DNA of 64,000 nucleotides from Oikopleura dioica (taxonomy: Eukaryota > Animalia > Chordata): contig OU015567.1 in NCBI GenBank assembly GCA_907165135.1, positions 6,882,001 through 6,946,000 on the forward strand, in the 5' to 3' direction. Position 1 is the first letter of the stretch. The number at the start of each line of letters is the position of its first letter. Shown here piece after piece: positions 24,759-37,171 of the stretch. The translations under genes and the position numbers were made by a program. A model generated the notes under the pieces. It searched no databases, was not told the DNA's origin, and worked only from the letters and a program-made list of their open reading frames with translations.

Positions 24759-27708
24759 TTACTCGAGGCCAGGCACGGTCATGTTTCGGAAGGACCATTT
24801 TTGAGCTTCCATGCTTCCATCACACCTCTCCATTCGAGGCTAAAAAGAGGCATATTCTAGTGCTGCCTTATTGATCGAGGTTACCTCGTTAGCTGATCTG
24901 GCAATAGGTTTGGTAAGGCACTGTTTTGAATTTGTATGGATGAGTTGGTTCGTCTGAAAACAGAAATTTACAAAAAATCGAGAAAAAAGATTGATGAACA
25001 AACCTTGATGTTGTATTCCCAGTATTGATTGCCCTTCTGATGGTGGCACTTGACCATCATGACGGGCCCCTTCGAGTTGGCGACATCAAGACAAAGGTCA
25101 TCAATACGGATCTCGTTATCCATTGTGAACGAGAAGACCTAAATCAAACCCAATTATTTCCCCTGTCGAATGTCGGCTCCGCTTTTCAGCTCTACTGTAC
25201 CTGGTTTCCCCCTTGTCCGTGACATTGATAACAGCCGACTTTTTGGTTTTCTTTGCGGCCCATCGTGTCAAGACAAACATTTGCGGCTGTGTTTTTGATT
25301 TCTCCAAGAACCTTGTATCTAAAAAACGAAAGTTGTAACGACCAAGAAAGCATAGAACCAACCTTCTGGGAATCTGGGCATCAGGATAGACATTATCAAG
25401 ATACCACTGGAATGATTTGCACTGGAGGTTGTTTCGGAGTACTTTTCGATCAGATACGTCGCCATACTCGTGTTTCATTACAGTAGGATTCACAATGTAG
25501 AAGAATTTCTTGTAATCGTCCATCCACACCTCGGCTAGAAGAGAAAAATAAGAATCAAGAGGAAAGAAAAGAATTACCAAGGCGGCGGTTGTTTTTGTTG
25601 ATGATTTGCGAAGTTCCTCCAGGAAAAGTATACGGCGTTGCTTTTCGGAAAACGTGACCCACGTGACTGCAGGTGGCGATGAGAACAGTTCCACCGCACA
25701 TCCAGATTCGAAACGACATTTCTAAGTTTTCTCCTCCCCAGATATCCATTCCTGAAGGAAATAAGAGCTTCGCCCGGGGAAAAAGATCTTACCGGAGTCA
25801 TATGAACCAATTTCATAAAAGTAGCTCCTGTCGATTGAAAACAAGCCTCCAGCCATTGTCGGTGTTCTCATGGGAAGAGATCTATCTCCTCCTCGTCTGT
25901 CTACTTCTCTCTGTGGAACTGGGTACCATCTAAACAAGAGAAATTTACGATGGAATCGAGATAATCGGCAGACCTGAAGTTCAGTTTCCAATTGAAGCCT
26001 CCATAAGTCAAATCGGAACCAGTCAAAAACTCGAACGTTTCATCCGAAATCACATCGATAATCGGGCAAATCACATTCGTTCGATCCTTCTTGATTTCAT
26101 ACAACAACGGCTCAAGCCAACCAGGACTGGCTTCGATATGCGCGTCGAGGAAAGTAAGAACTTCTCCTTTTGCAATCTTCGCTCCTTCAAGACGCGCTCG
26201 GATGAGGCCCTCGCGGTGTTTTTGTCTGATGATTTGGATAGGCACGGGCAGATCTTTCACGTAATTGTCCAGCTGCGCGCCAAGGAAGTCTTTTTCACTG
26301 AAGATCAATCGGTAATAATTCTGATCAAAGATTATTAGCTGAGATTTTTCGGGAAACAGCTGCTTCCCTAGAATTTCGGGTATAAATAGAACTCAAAACA
26401 GCATTAGACTCAAACTGCTAACAAAATGAAGCTTTAATGAATAAGAAGTAACAATAAAGAGATTATTTATCTTTTTACTGCTATGTTTTATTGATGGTAT
26501 GAGTTAAAATAAAAAAGAAACGACGCCAAATTCTCTATTCTCAATTAAATTCGCGATGAAAAAATACCTTGCATCGTCGACCATGATAATTTCTTCGAGC
26601 ATTTCCCTTGGCGATCTATTGATGACAGAATGAATCGACCTCAGCAGGGTAGACCATGCTTCGTTGTGGAAGACGAAAATGATGGAAGTCTTAGGAAGCG
26701 CTCCGAGATCCGTGTAGTCGTGTTTTTTGCAGCCAGACATTCGAACATCTAACAATCAGCTTTGAATTTAAAAAAATGAGAGGGGCTACCTTTGAGAGTT
26801 CTGTTGACGGAAATCATGTTACTGGCCATGAGATTGAATTGATTTTCTTTGAACATTTGTTTCGACTCTTTTTCTTTATCTTTTGGAATTTTTACAGCGG
26901 CACCCATTTCGCCAGGGCCCTTGCCAGGAATATGCTTCGCCACAGCTGAAAGATAAAAATGTAAAAAACGATGTCTACTAGACTAAAAGTTCCACCAATT
27001 TTTCTTTCACCAAAATCATAAAAAGCAGCTACCACCAAATTTAATCTCCACCAAATCTACAAAACTTGCAATTTTAAATTTTCCACAAATTTTCATTTTC
27101 GAAAAGTTGAAAGTCGAAATTTTCGAAGCGTTTTTTAAATTTCTTGCGAGAAATTTTTTTTAAAAGAAATAGAAAAAATCACTACCTTCTGTTTTATTCT
27201 TTTTGAGTTTTTTCTTTTTCTTACTACTCTTAGTGCTTTCACTTGTGGCCGCTTTTTTGGTGGTTTTCTTAATAGCCTCGGCATTGAGGTCGACTTTGGG
27301 GTTAAACTTTCCCTTCGCGATTTTCCCGTCTGATAAGAGTTTTTCAGTGGGGAGATTTTCTCCTTCATCCGCCTCGGGAGCGTCAGTTTTTTCAAGCCCG
27401 AAGGGGTCTTGCGGGTCAAAGGCCTCATCCTCATCCGTACCGTCGTTAACTTTGTTGAGGCCATCGCCGATGATGTCGCTCAAGCCGCGCTGGGCAGGCT
27501 CGTCCCCTCCGCCTCTTCCGGGGTTCAAGTCCGATCCTCGCTCGTCCAAGTTGATAGAAGGCGTCTGGCACCAGAGCTCCGCGCCCCAGTAGAAAAATGT
27601 GATCCAGAAAAGAGAAGTCACTGAAACGCCCCGTTTCTTCGTTGTTTTCAAAATGAGTTACTTACAAATTATGACTCTCACGGATCCAGCACGCCGCCTT
27701 AGTATCAT
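24759..27708 (-). CDS. GALNT1: Polypeptide N-acetylgalactosaminyltransferase, GALNT1/13-like
   Basis: N-terminal TM ([17 protein letters not shown]), [63 protein letters not shown], ricin lectin repeats; GT-AG introns. Paralog assignment tentative. Confidence 0.9.
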
Positions 27709-27859
27709 CTCATTTGTTCTGAAAGATTGATTATTGGGGAAGGATTTTTGATAATTATTGAATTTGAAATTATGATTCTGAACGGTTTGAAATTGCAGGA
27801 TTTGAAGAAGATCGGTAGAACAGTTGAATGATGAGCAGTGAAAAACGGACAGCGTTAAA

Positions 27860-28119
27860 AATTTGTCACGACTGTCACGAAAGTCCAGAGAAATTTGTCA
27901 CGAGATTCATCTTCCGTGGTTTTCCTCCGAAGACAGAATCGTGACATTCTTTCGTGACTTCGAATCTTATCGAAGTTCGATAATTTTTGAAGATGTCACG
28001 AAAGAATGTAACGACTCGGATTTTGGAGGAAAAATGACAAGAATGACTTTCGTGACAATTTTTCGAACTTTTCGTCACGACTGGAGTATTTTCTATTTTC
28101 GTGACAATCGTGACAAAAT
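27860..28119. mobile_element. MITE with gtcacg/cgtgac subterminal repeats
   Basis: atttgtcacgactgtcacgaaa vs tttcgtgacaatcgtgacaaaat; many internal gtcacg/cgtgac copies. Confidence 0.75.
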
Positions 28120-28195
28120 CTCATTGTCCGGGGTGAAAACGCAGTATAAAGAAGTTCTGAACAGATTGATATTTAACTTGTTACTTTTTGAAATC

Positions 28196-31100
28196 TTAGA
28201 GCAAATCGGAATCAGGCTTTTTCCGGTAAAAAGCTCGATTGAAATCGATCGCTTCCAAATCAAGTGTTTCACAGTTCGCAGATCAAAGTCAGGGTCGAGC
28301 AGCGTCTCGTTGCACAAAATTTCAATGTTCTGATTTGCCATCTAAATTTTCTCTCTTTTCCCGCTCTAGTGCGCTTTTTTCTTGATACCTTTGTGAGCTC
28401 ATCCTCAGTCGCTTCTTTGATCCTTTCATTTTCGATTGCGTTGATTTTCTCGAAAACGTGCTTCGCTACTTTTCTTATCTGAAGCATGTCGCCCGCCGTG
28501 AGCTTGTCCTAATTTGAGATGTAAGCGGTTTTGATAATGATTATTATAATTTTCAAAAGATAAATTTTGAAAAGTCCTTTTTTCAACTCAATATTCCTTT
28601 TATTTGTTACTAATGCACGACTAGCCGTTTGCGGCTTGGAGCATACACAGAAAGAAGCCGCGCAAAGTGCGGCTTTTATATTTTTTTTCTCGAAGCCGCA
28701 AGCGGCTTCTCGTATCTAAGTAAGAACTAAAGAGAAAAATGAATTGAAAAAACGACTTTTCAAAAATTTTTTCGTCCAAAAAATCGTAAAAATCCGGCTG
28801 TGAATTTCAATATTTCTCGTTTTGTTTCTCTCTTTTTTCACAAGGTCTATTTTACCCGTCTCTGGCTTTGTTATATTACATGCATTGAGCGGCTTGGACA
28901 GCAATAAAGCAAAAAAGGAGCTTTCATAAATAATAGGTTATTTCGACGAATATTTAAAATGCCTTTAGGTGATGGGATGATTCTCAGTCAGCGATTGCGG
29001 CGCGCTACCGGACCGCGCCGCATTTTTAGCAGATTAAATGTCACCGTGCAGAAAAAACCGGCGGCAGAACAATTTGACCGGCGAATTTGCAGTTTTGAAA
29101 ATAGGACCGGAAATATGAACGCCGCGCGAAATTTACCGTAAAGGGGATCTGCGCTCAGCAGCCTGAGTCAGGGTTACGCCTTTGTTCAAAAAAGCCGCAA
29201 TGCGGCTATTATAAAATATCTTTCAAGACCCTGACTCAGATTTCGGCGAGTACACCCAAGCGTTTTTTTTCCTCTTTTTTCCGCAAAAAAATAATATTGA
29301 AACAATGTTTCGAAAGCACTATCTGTATCTGTAAATGACTGAATTTCAAATGAGCTACCATTTCGATGCAACCAGATTTGAAACGATAATGCACCGAAAA
29401 TCAATTATTTTAGCATCCCAGACCTTTTTCAGCGTCGGTAGCGGCCGTTTGATATTGGCAATCATGGGCTGCAAGCAGAATTGAACTAGAATTAGTCTGA
29501 CACCGTTTCAACAAGAAGAAAATGAAAAGGAACCTTTGACGCAATTGTTATTTGGTGTTTTGAGGACTCCATCTTTGACCCACTGAGGAATATTCTCACT
29601 CAAGGTCTTCGCAATATTCTCTTGTCCGATCTAAAAACAAAAACGCTAGAATTCTCGCTTCTCCAAACTCCCAAACCATGTTCCAAACAACTCGGCATTT
29701 CCCAGCGCCATTCGATTCATGAATCAGGATCGGGGTATCTTTTGGAAGGCAGATTCCCTTTTGAAGGATCTTTTTCATGATTGCATGGTCGTTTTCCAGC
29801 TCGTCTTTTAGATCATCGCGGAAGCATTCTGTGTCTGTTTTCGAGCCAGTCTCGGAGCCGGCGAGCGATTCTGGACGCGAGTGAGCTGATTCTAGTGCTT
29901 TTTGAAGATTGCTCCAGTTCTGGAAGACGGAGACGAGCATAAATCGACCTAAGAGCAAATTAAAAGGTGAACATGGACATTCATGTAGCTTTAGTGGGGG
30001 TCCTTAAAATCGAAAAAAGCATCGAGTAATGTACCTAAATTGACGCGTGAATTCTGGTTCCCTTCGAAAAAGTCAAAGTCCAAATCGACATGTTTCGTCG
30101 CAACTTGTCCTTGGAAGCAATCATTCTCTTCGAGAACTAAAAACTCGGTTCAGAACTAAACTTAGCTAAGAAAGTGATGATTCAGCTAGTTACTACGCTT
30201 TATCATTTTCCAAATTCTACGCTTGAATAATTGTCTTTTTACATAAAAAATCATCGAAGCGAAAATGAACCGAACCCTATTTGGAGAAATCCACACTTGA
30301 GATCGACACTGAACCAGCTTGGAACATAAAGCGTTTGTTTGTAACTTTCGATGACCTTTGCGAAATCCGTCGTTTTTCCAAGCTTCTTGACTACTTTTCC
30401 CAAAAGTACATCGTAGAGAGACACGTTGTTTTCCGAGTTTTTCGTGAGGATGTATCTTCTGTTCGGCAGGACCTTGTGGTCGATGATAGGAGGAACGCTT
30501 TTGATGGAGACTTCAGGATTTGAAGAATAAGGAGCGGCAAGTTCTGCATCTGTCTTTCTTGCCAAGCGTTCTGGAGTCACTTGATTGTCAGGAGCCAGAC
30601 GCCATTTGGAAATACAAGTCGTAGTGCTCGTCCAAAGCGTCTTTTCCTTCTGATCCAGGCAGAGGGAAAGGATCGGAGCCGTTTCTCGCCCGACGCAGTA
30701 ATTAATATCCGGCTCAATCAGGAAATCGCCGTTACATCCAGGGATCCGAGATTTTGTCGTCTGGACGATCGCCCACTTTTCAGGCGCGATTTGAGTTATC
30801 GCGCAGGAGCTAAAATTCTGATCGCGCGCTCAAATGCGCAGCGTTTAGGCGCGATGGCAAAAACTCGCTCTCTCGGAGATGGGGCGATGAATTTCGATCG
30901 CGCAGCCCTATCAGGCCGACAAGAAATACTCGCGCGCTCAAATGGGCAGCGTTCAAGCGCGATGGTATAAAATCGCTCTCTCGGCGAGGGGGCGATGACT
31001 TTCGATCGCGCAGCCCTATGACGCCGATAAATAATACTCACACGCTTCAAAAGGGTCGAAAATCTACCGAGCGGGAGTGCGATGGTGGCGCTTGGTTTCA

Positions 31101-32750
31101 ATTTTGCCGACCTAGTCGGCGCACGAATCAAATGATCAGCGTGAGATTGCTGACTTAGTTGACCGATTTTTTTGAAAATTCAATTATTGGATGTCACATT
31201 GTTAACACTTAAATTCGACTAAGTTGTCCATCTCCTCATAAGAGAGCCCAAAAACAAAATGTAAATTTGTACTGACCTCCCGGAACGTTGCCTACAAATA
31301 AGTCGTGCTAATCGCTGACATTGGCGCTTGGCACCGGAAATATCCGTGAAATCTGGCTATTTTTTCAAAAGAAAAATTTTTACAGTAATTGGATTCTAAT
31401 GTTAGGCCAATTTATGACTGAAAAATATCCTTTCATTGGTTTTTGAACATGTAGATTTCGAAAATTTCATAAAAATTATATTGAATATATCAAAATCTCC
31501 TTATAAATGCTTTTTTCTTCTTCAAATTTTGGCTAAACATCACGCACCATTGTTTAATCGTGTAGCTTACTCCAAAATGACAGTGATTTATCGATTATCA
31601 AGGGGTCCCCCCATGTTGAAATTTTCATGGGCGAAAATATAATGTCGCGCGCAGCCAGGGTGACCGAAAATAAGTTATCGCGCTCTTGGGCCCACCGCGA
31701 TGAATAATCATCGCTCCTGAAGCGCGAGGGCGCAGGGAAACTATCGGCATATTTTTGACTAATCCAGCCCGCCGATGGGAATTTTTCGCACTGCGCGCCT
31801 AGCAGCGAAAATGATTATCGCGCGCTGAAGAGAAGCGCTAGGTGCGCGATCGTCCAGACGACAAAATCTCGGATCCCTGGTTACATCAGCTTGCCTGCCG
31901 CCAGCGTACATCCATCGAAAGTGCTCGTCTGTTTCTAGTGCCCAAATTCCATGCTCAGAAAGCTGAAAAACTCGAATCACCCGCTGTTCGCCAATTGACC
32001 AAAGTCGAACGGTTCCGTCCGAACTGGCGGAAACGCATTGAGTTCCATCGCGACTCAGTTTTACGGCTCTGATGTTGTCCTTGTGGCCTCTGAGCTTCAT
32101 GAGCTTTTCTTGTGTTCTTGGGTCCCATAAGCGGATCAGCTTTTCAGTTCCCCCAGCGACGACTAAATTTGCTTGAGGATCCGTGTCGACGCAGTAGATC
32201 GAGTTCGTCGCCCCGTGAAGATTCATACAAGTAACTTCGCTATTATCCACCGTTAGCGTGGCGATCGCATTTACATCCCACAAGTAAATTTGATCATCAA
32301 ACCCAGCCGAGACGAGTTTATTCGTTTCAGGAGCATATGCCAGCGAGGAGACATAATCTTTATGCGTCCGAATCGTGCTCATGCAGTACGCTTTCGTCGA
32401 GTTCCACACTTTGAGACTTTGATCGGAGGAAGCTGAAATCAGAAGTTCTCCGTTGTTCGAGACGACCAAATCGTTGACCCAATCGGAGTGGTGTTCCATC
32501 GCATAACTTTCGTTGAGATTTTTTGGGTCCCATTTTCGAATGACTGAATCGCGCCCTCCAGTGAACACCGATCCGAATTTCTTGCAAATCTTTTGTTGGG
32601 TAATCATCAATGATCTTTTAGCTATTTTTCTGTATGTTTCTCCCATTCCTTTATACAGTTGACCCCGCCGCGATGAACAGACGCGTTCCCATCACGAATT
32701 TGGAAGGAGACATTTGTGCGATGGCCGCCTTGAGTCCGACTCAACGTCAT
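28196..32750 (-). CDS. WDR48: WDR48/UAF1 WD40 protein, exon interrupted by a hAT element
   Basis: [69 protein letters not shown] intron 32590-32648; two -1 shifts in homopolymers (30721-30722, 28228-28232). Confidence 0.92.
28627..28712. repeat. AAGCCGC/GCGGCTT hairpin cluster in a WDR48 intron
   Basis: gccgtttgcggcttggag ... aagccgcgcaaagtgcggctt ... ctcgaagccgcaagcggct. Confidence 0.65.
29149..29250. mobile_element. MITE family A derivative in a WDR48 intron
   Basis: cctgagtcagggtt ... aagccgcaatgcggct ... accctgactcag. Confidence 0.65.
30739..31879. mobile_element. Non-autonomous hAT element (family H3, 1141 bp) in a WDR48 coding exon
   Basis: 34-bp TIR cagggatccgagattttgtcgtctggacgatcgc; 8-bp TSD gttacatc at 30731-30738 and 31880-31887; internal ~105-bp tandem duplication at ~30823-31040. 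Confidence 0.93.
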
Positions 32751-33308
32751 CTAAAACTCAAAAATGAAATAACTAAAAAATTGGGTGTATTAATCTGAAT
32801 GGCCAGAAATGTGGACTCGCACCTTCAAGTCCTCCTGCTCGTTTTGGACGGTGACAGGCTTAATCAGAAGGCTGGGTATATGTATCGGACTTAGGGAGAG
32901 GGAAAGTGAGCATTAGCGCAGGCTTCATCTTTTGCGCCAGTTTTGCTCAGCAGAGCTCAGTCGGGAAACGAGCTATTCGTGCGCGCATAACTCGCTTGAT
33001 TACAGACAGTTCTCCGTCGCCTCCTTGCTGTAACTCCTCAAAAGAGAGACCGAGCCTAACATGGGTAAAATAGAATAATCCACACCCCCTTCCCACTCAT
33101 TTTCGCCCGAAACGCAGATGGCGATGGACAAAAAAGTCCCATCTCGACGGTTATATACTATTTCAGAGAAAAATACAACAACCCAGCAACAATCCAACTC
33201 TACCGCAACTGAGTATACCAAAAGAAGTCTAAGGGGGAGCCTTAGCAGACAAGTAAGCTTTTATCAATCAATCAAGATTATTTGCGTTTTACTAACTTGA
33301 ACCTTCAG

Positions 33309-34268
33309 GCTCCTCTTTCAAGAACTAGGCATCGCAGATGTGGGATCAAAAATAGAACCAGAGGAAGGTTTCCTAAAATAACAAATATATCAAAAATAAG
33401 CACAAGAAAACTTGAAAAGAATTTGTCACTGTTTTCAAAGTATTCGAAGATTTACCGTCCGACGATGACCTGGAAAAATACAAGCAGCTGTTTATTCAGC
33501 AGCAGGAAAAAGGATTCATCGACCGGGCAGGGCTTTCTCTGATTTTGGAAAAGATGGGGAGGCCAATGTCACACGCGGAGATGCGCCATCTTATCAATTC
33601 CATGGATAGCCGACGAATAGGTTTGCATAAATAAGAATATCCAGTTCAATTGAGTTCGATTCTACTTTAAAAGATTTTGTATAAATTTCGTTAATTTCGT
33701 TATTTTTAGACTTTTCGGACTTTTTGTCGATTTTAACCACGGACCAGGTAAAATAAGAGGATCATTTTTTAATCCTGTTTTTGCTTCTTTCAGGTTCGCG
33801 CTGATGAGATGGAATCCATTTTCTCAGAGTTTGACAAGGACAATAATGGGGAGATCTCGTTTGAAGGTTTGTAATTATTTAGTCAGCGGAGATGATTACA
33901 ATCCTTTCAGAGCTTAAATTAGTAATGAAGGAGGTTGATGAGAGTTTGTCAGATGCTGATATCAAAGGAAAGTGAGTTGCAATACAGTATTCGTCGGATA
34001 GCAGTTACAATAGCTCGCGAAAAAAGATATGATGAAAGAAGTGGATCTGAATCAAAATGGCTGTGTAGGAAATTGGATTTCTAGCGCTCTGCGATCAGTT
34101 TTGACACTTTTAATTTCGGGTGTTAAAAATCCACTGATCAGATTTCAAGTCATTTTCGGCAATTACCCGTACTGCTTCTGAAACGCTAAGTTCGATGGCG
34201 GGCCGTTACATCGCTTCAAATCAAATAGGAATCGCGCATTCTCTCTCATCTCTTTTCCTCTTCATTAA
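33309..34268 (+). CDS. Calmodulin-like EF-hand protein (5' end unresolved)
   Basis: Spliced: LEKYKQLF...DFSDFLSIL...IFSEFDKDNNGEISFEELKLVMKEVDESLSDADIKDMMKEVDLNQNGCVDFKSF; GA-AG introns 33968-34026 and 34069-34141. Confidence 0.8.
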
Positions 34269-34703
34269 AGTATTATCTCTATAACTATCACTTTCACGGT
34301 GAATCAGATCGATGGCCATTTTTATTTTGACAGGAAGATCCGTGAATTAGGCCGCTGCTTGTCCCCGAGGCTAAAGCACACGAGCAGAGTACGCGAGCGG
34401 ATCTCTCGAGGAGATACAGTCAACTTAGAAGTGCCAGACGTTCGAAACGCCGACTTTGCGCCCACGAAAAAGAGCACCCCGCCGGTACTCATGAAAAAAT
34501 CAATCATTCATTTAGCACAAATAACTCTCTTTCGCACATTTTTGAGCAAAGATTGATGAAATTCAGGCGCCGAGAAGCTCAGTTACGAAGAAGAATTGAG
34601 AAAAACAGAATGTTTTTTTATGAAAAATAAAACTTTGTTTATTAAAAAAATAATAACAAGACTTCTAAGAAGCGAAAAATGAAGATTCAGAAAAGTTTTT
34701 TCT

Positions 34704-36259
34704 TTATAAAGTCGGGTATTTTCTGTAGTATTCTGCAATCGCCCGTGCTAGGTTCTCACCAAGCTCGCTAAAAAACGATTCTTATATTAAAATTGAGCAA
34801 AAGTACCAGTATGCTTTCTGTGTGTACGGAACGCTTCTCAAATCTTTCTGGTAGTTGTAAAAGGAGACCTCCAAAGTGTAGCTCTTGGGGAAAAGCCCTC
34901 GTAGGACTCTTCTAGCCGTTCCAGATTTCACTGCGTCTTTGTTGAAATTCGTTTTTGACAGCGAAAAGTCTTCTGCAAACGCTGAGAAAATCTTCGGAAA
35001 GGCCTTTTTTCAGTTGAAAATGTAAAAATCATCGAATTTAATCGAATTTCCGTTAACTTGAAATGAAGCAACTGTGCCTGTTGCTCACTTTGTTGATCCT
35101 CAGAGACGACATTTCCATACATAAACGCGCCGGTCGCCAAGGAATGCGCGTGAATGTCAAAGCAGAAGTCAACAGGATGTTCCTTTTCAAGCCCAATTAG
35201 AAACGCTTTGACTGCATGTAGCCCAGGCTGCGCCCAAGGATTCGTATCCCGCCAGTGGCGATTCAAATCTACACTTTTTCAACGAAAAGTTCGCGTTTTT
35301 AGACTTACCAAAACCCATCAACGAGCATCTATAGTTTCCGAGCGCGACACCGTCCGGATTTAACATGGGGATTATCTTGAAGGTAACTTGATCGCGCAAG
35401 TACTCAACAAAGATAACAACAAATAAGCAACAAAAATAAGACAAAAGTTTATACCAAAAACAAGTTGTTGAGTTATCTTTCCTTTGCGATATTACATTCT
35501 TCAGAGGTGATAAAGTCTAAAAATCCATCCATAATGAAGCTCGCTGGACTTTCTCCAGGATGAACTCGGGCCATCACGACTATGTGTCGTTCTCCAGAGC
35601 CGATGGTTAGTAGGTCTATGTTTCTTTCTACCTGGATCATCAACAAGTCGGTAATATATAAATCAAGATTTCTTGAACCAGTTCCTTTTCTGAAGAGTGT
35701 GCGCTAGAACTCGCCGATCGACAAGACTTGACGGCAGTGATTGAATCTTACTCTGCATGCGAGCATAATCGTAAGGAAAGCAATACGCGAATTCGTAGCG
35801 CTCATCAACGTCGAATTTGAAGGTGAAGGAAAGGATGTATCCGCCGCTTTCGCCCTTCCAGTAGTAGCACTGAGACTGAGAAAGGCGCGTCCAATTGACT
35901 CGCGAAGTTGAGCGAACTACTGGGCCCATTCCTTCGCGATACAGGGATCTTCCCTAATCAATGGAGTGAGAAAAATGTTGGTGCTGTAAATGGACCTTTG
36001 AGAAATTGACGATATGGAAGATACAAGTCTGTCCAACTTTCGCATTCGTGACCGAGTAATGAAACCAAAGCCGATATTTCTGGTTGCAGGTGTCCACGCG
36101 AATGTACAGATCGTATTCGTTGTTTCCACAGTACTCTACTTTCCCGAGATTTCCTGATTCAAAGTCCGCATCGAAAATCAAGTGTCCCGGGCTAGTCGGA
36201 AGCTCTTCTTCTTCCGGCGGCTTGATGGTCTGGTGTTTTACGTTTCCGATCACGTCCAT
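34704..36259 (-). CDS. AGBL4: Cytosolic carboxypeptidase 6 (AGBL4-like tubulin deglutamylase)
   Basis: GHLIFDADFESGNLG, FAYCFPYDY, ARVHPGE, PMLNPDGVALGNYRCS, DIHAHS, YTLEVSFY. Confidence 0.88.
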
Positions 36260-36344
36260 TTTTGCTTTTCAACTCGACATTTTCTGAAAAATTCGACATT
36301 GAAGACTGGTAATTGAATGAAGAATTGTCCTGGTTTTTGCAGTT

Positions 36345-36948
36345 TTAGAAAAATTTAACGCCATCAGTTCCGATGAGCTCAGCCTTTCGCTCTTTTTGCA
36401 AGAGCTTGAGCGCGATTATGATGATTTCTTCGGGTACATTTTGGAAGATTTCGCCGCCTGAAAAATGTCTGAAAACAAAATTCTTTTCTCGATTTTCTTA
36501 CTGATTTCTTCGCCTTGCGAGAGCTCGAAAATCGTGCAGACTTGATTTATATGTCCAGACATCTGTGCCCAATTATAAAGTGCCGCCGCGAGCGAGGAGA
36601 AAGTCTGCGAAGAAAGGAGACATTTACTCTTTGATTTGTCTTTCCAAATTGCGTTGCCCTTTTGTACAAGTTGCGAGAAAACAGCCTCGACGAGCTCTAT
36701 ACTCGCTTGGCGCTCGATCTTCGAATTTGTGAATAGAACACTTCGGCGAATTTCGGAAAGGTCGATTGTTGAAGTGCTTGTTTTTCTACTGTGTTCTATT
36801 ACTTAATAAAGAATACTTAGAGACCTCCTTCTTGGGAACAAGACTCACCTAGGGATGACCAAGCATCAAGCTGTTTTTTCCTCGTCTCCTCATTTTTCTG
36901 AAGCGTGTAAAAGGGAGGAAAACTCACTTGCCACGCCTGGCCCGACAT
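36345..36948 (-). CDS. VPS25: ESCRT-II subunit VPS25 (absent from ORF track)
   Basis: Spliced: MSGQAWQVSFPPFYTLQKNEETRKKQLDAWSSL...LYNWAQMSGHINQVCTIFELSQGEE...LQKERKAELIGTDGVKFF*. Confidence 0.9.
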
Positions 36949-37171
36949 TTCTCTCTACACCTCTAGAATGAATCTGCTGCGTCAATCGGTTTTTGCGAAG
37001 AATAAAAGACAAGATTATTTCGGGTTTTATATGGGCTGTATTTTGAATGAAAACGGGGCAGTGCATTAAATTCAACTTTTGCTAAATTCTGGAACTAGTG
37101 GTAACTCGTGGAATACATTTTGTAGGGCGGTTCTGGAACTTGATGCAGCTAAGATTTTTTTTTGGTATTTT

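Noticed and set aside
30721-30722. Compensatory deletion selected to restore the WDR48 frame after hAT splicing
   Set aside because: Attractive, but cannot be told apart from the assembly errors seen elsewhere; kept only as one scenario.
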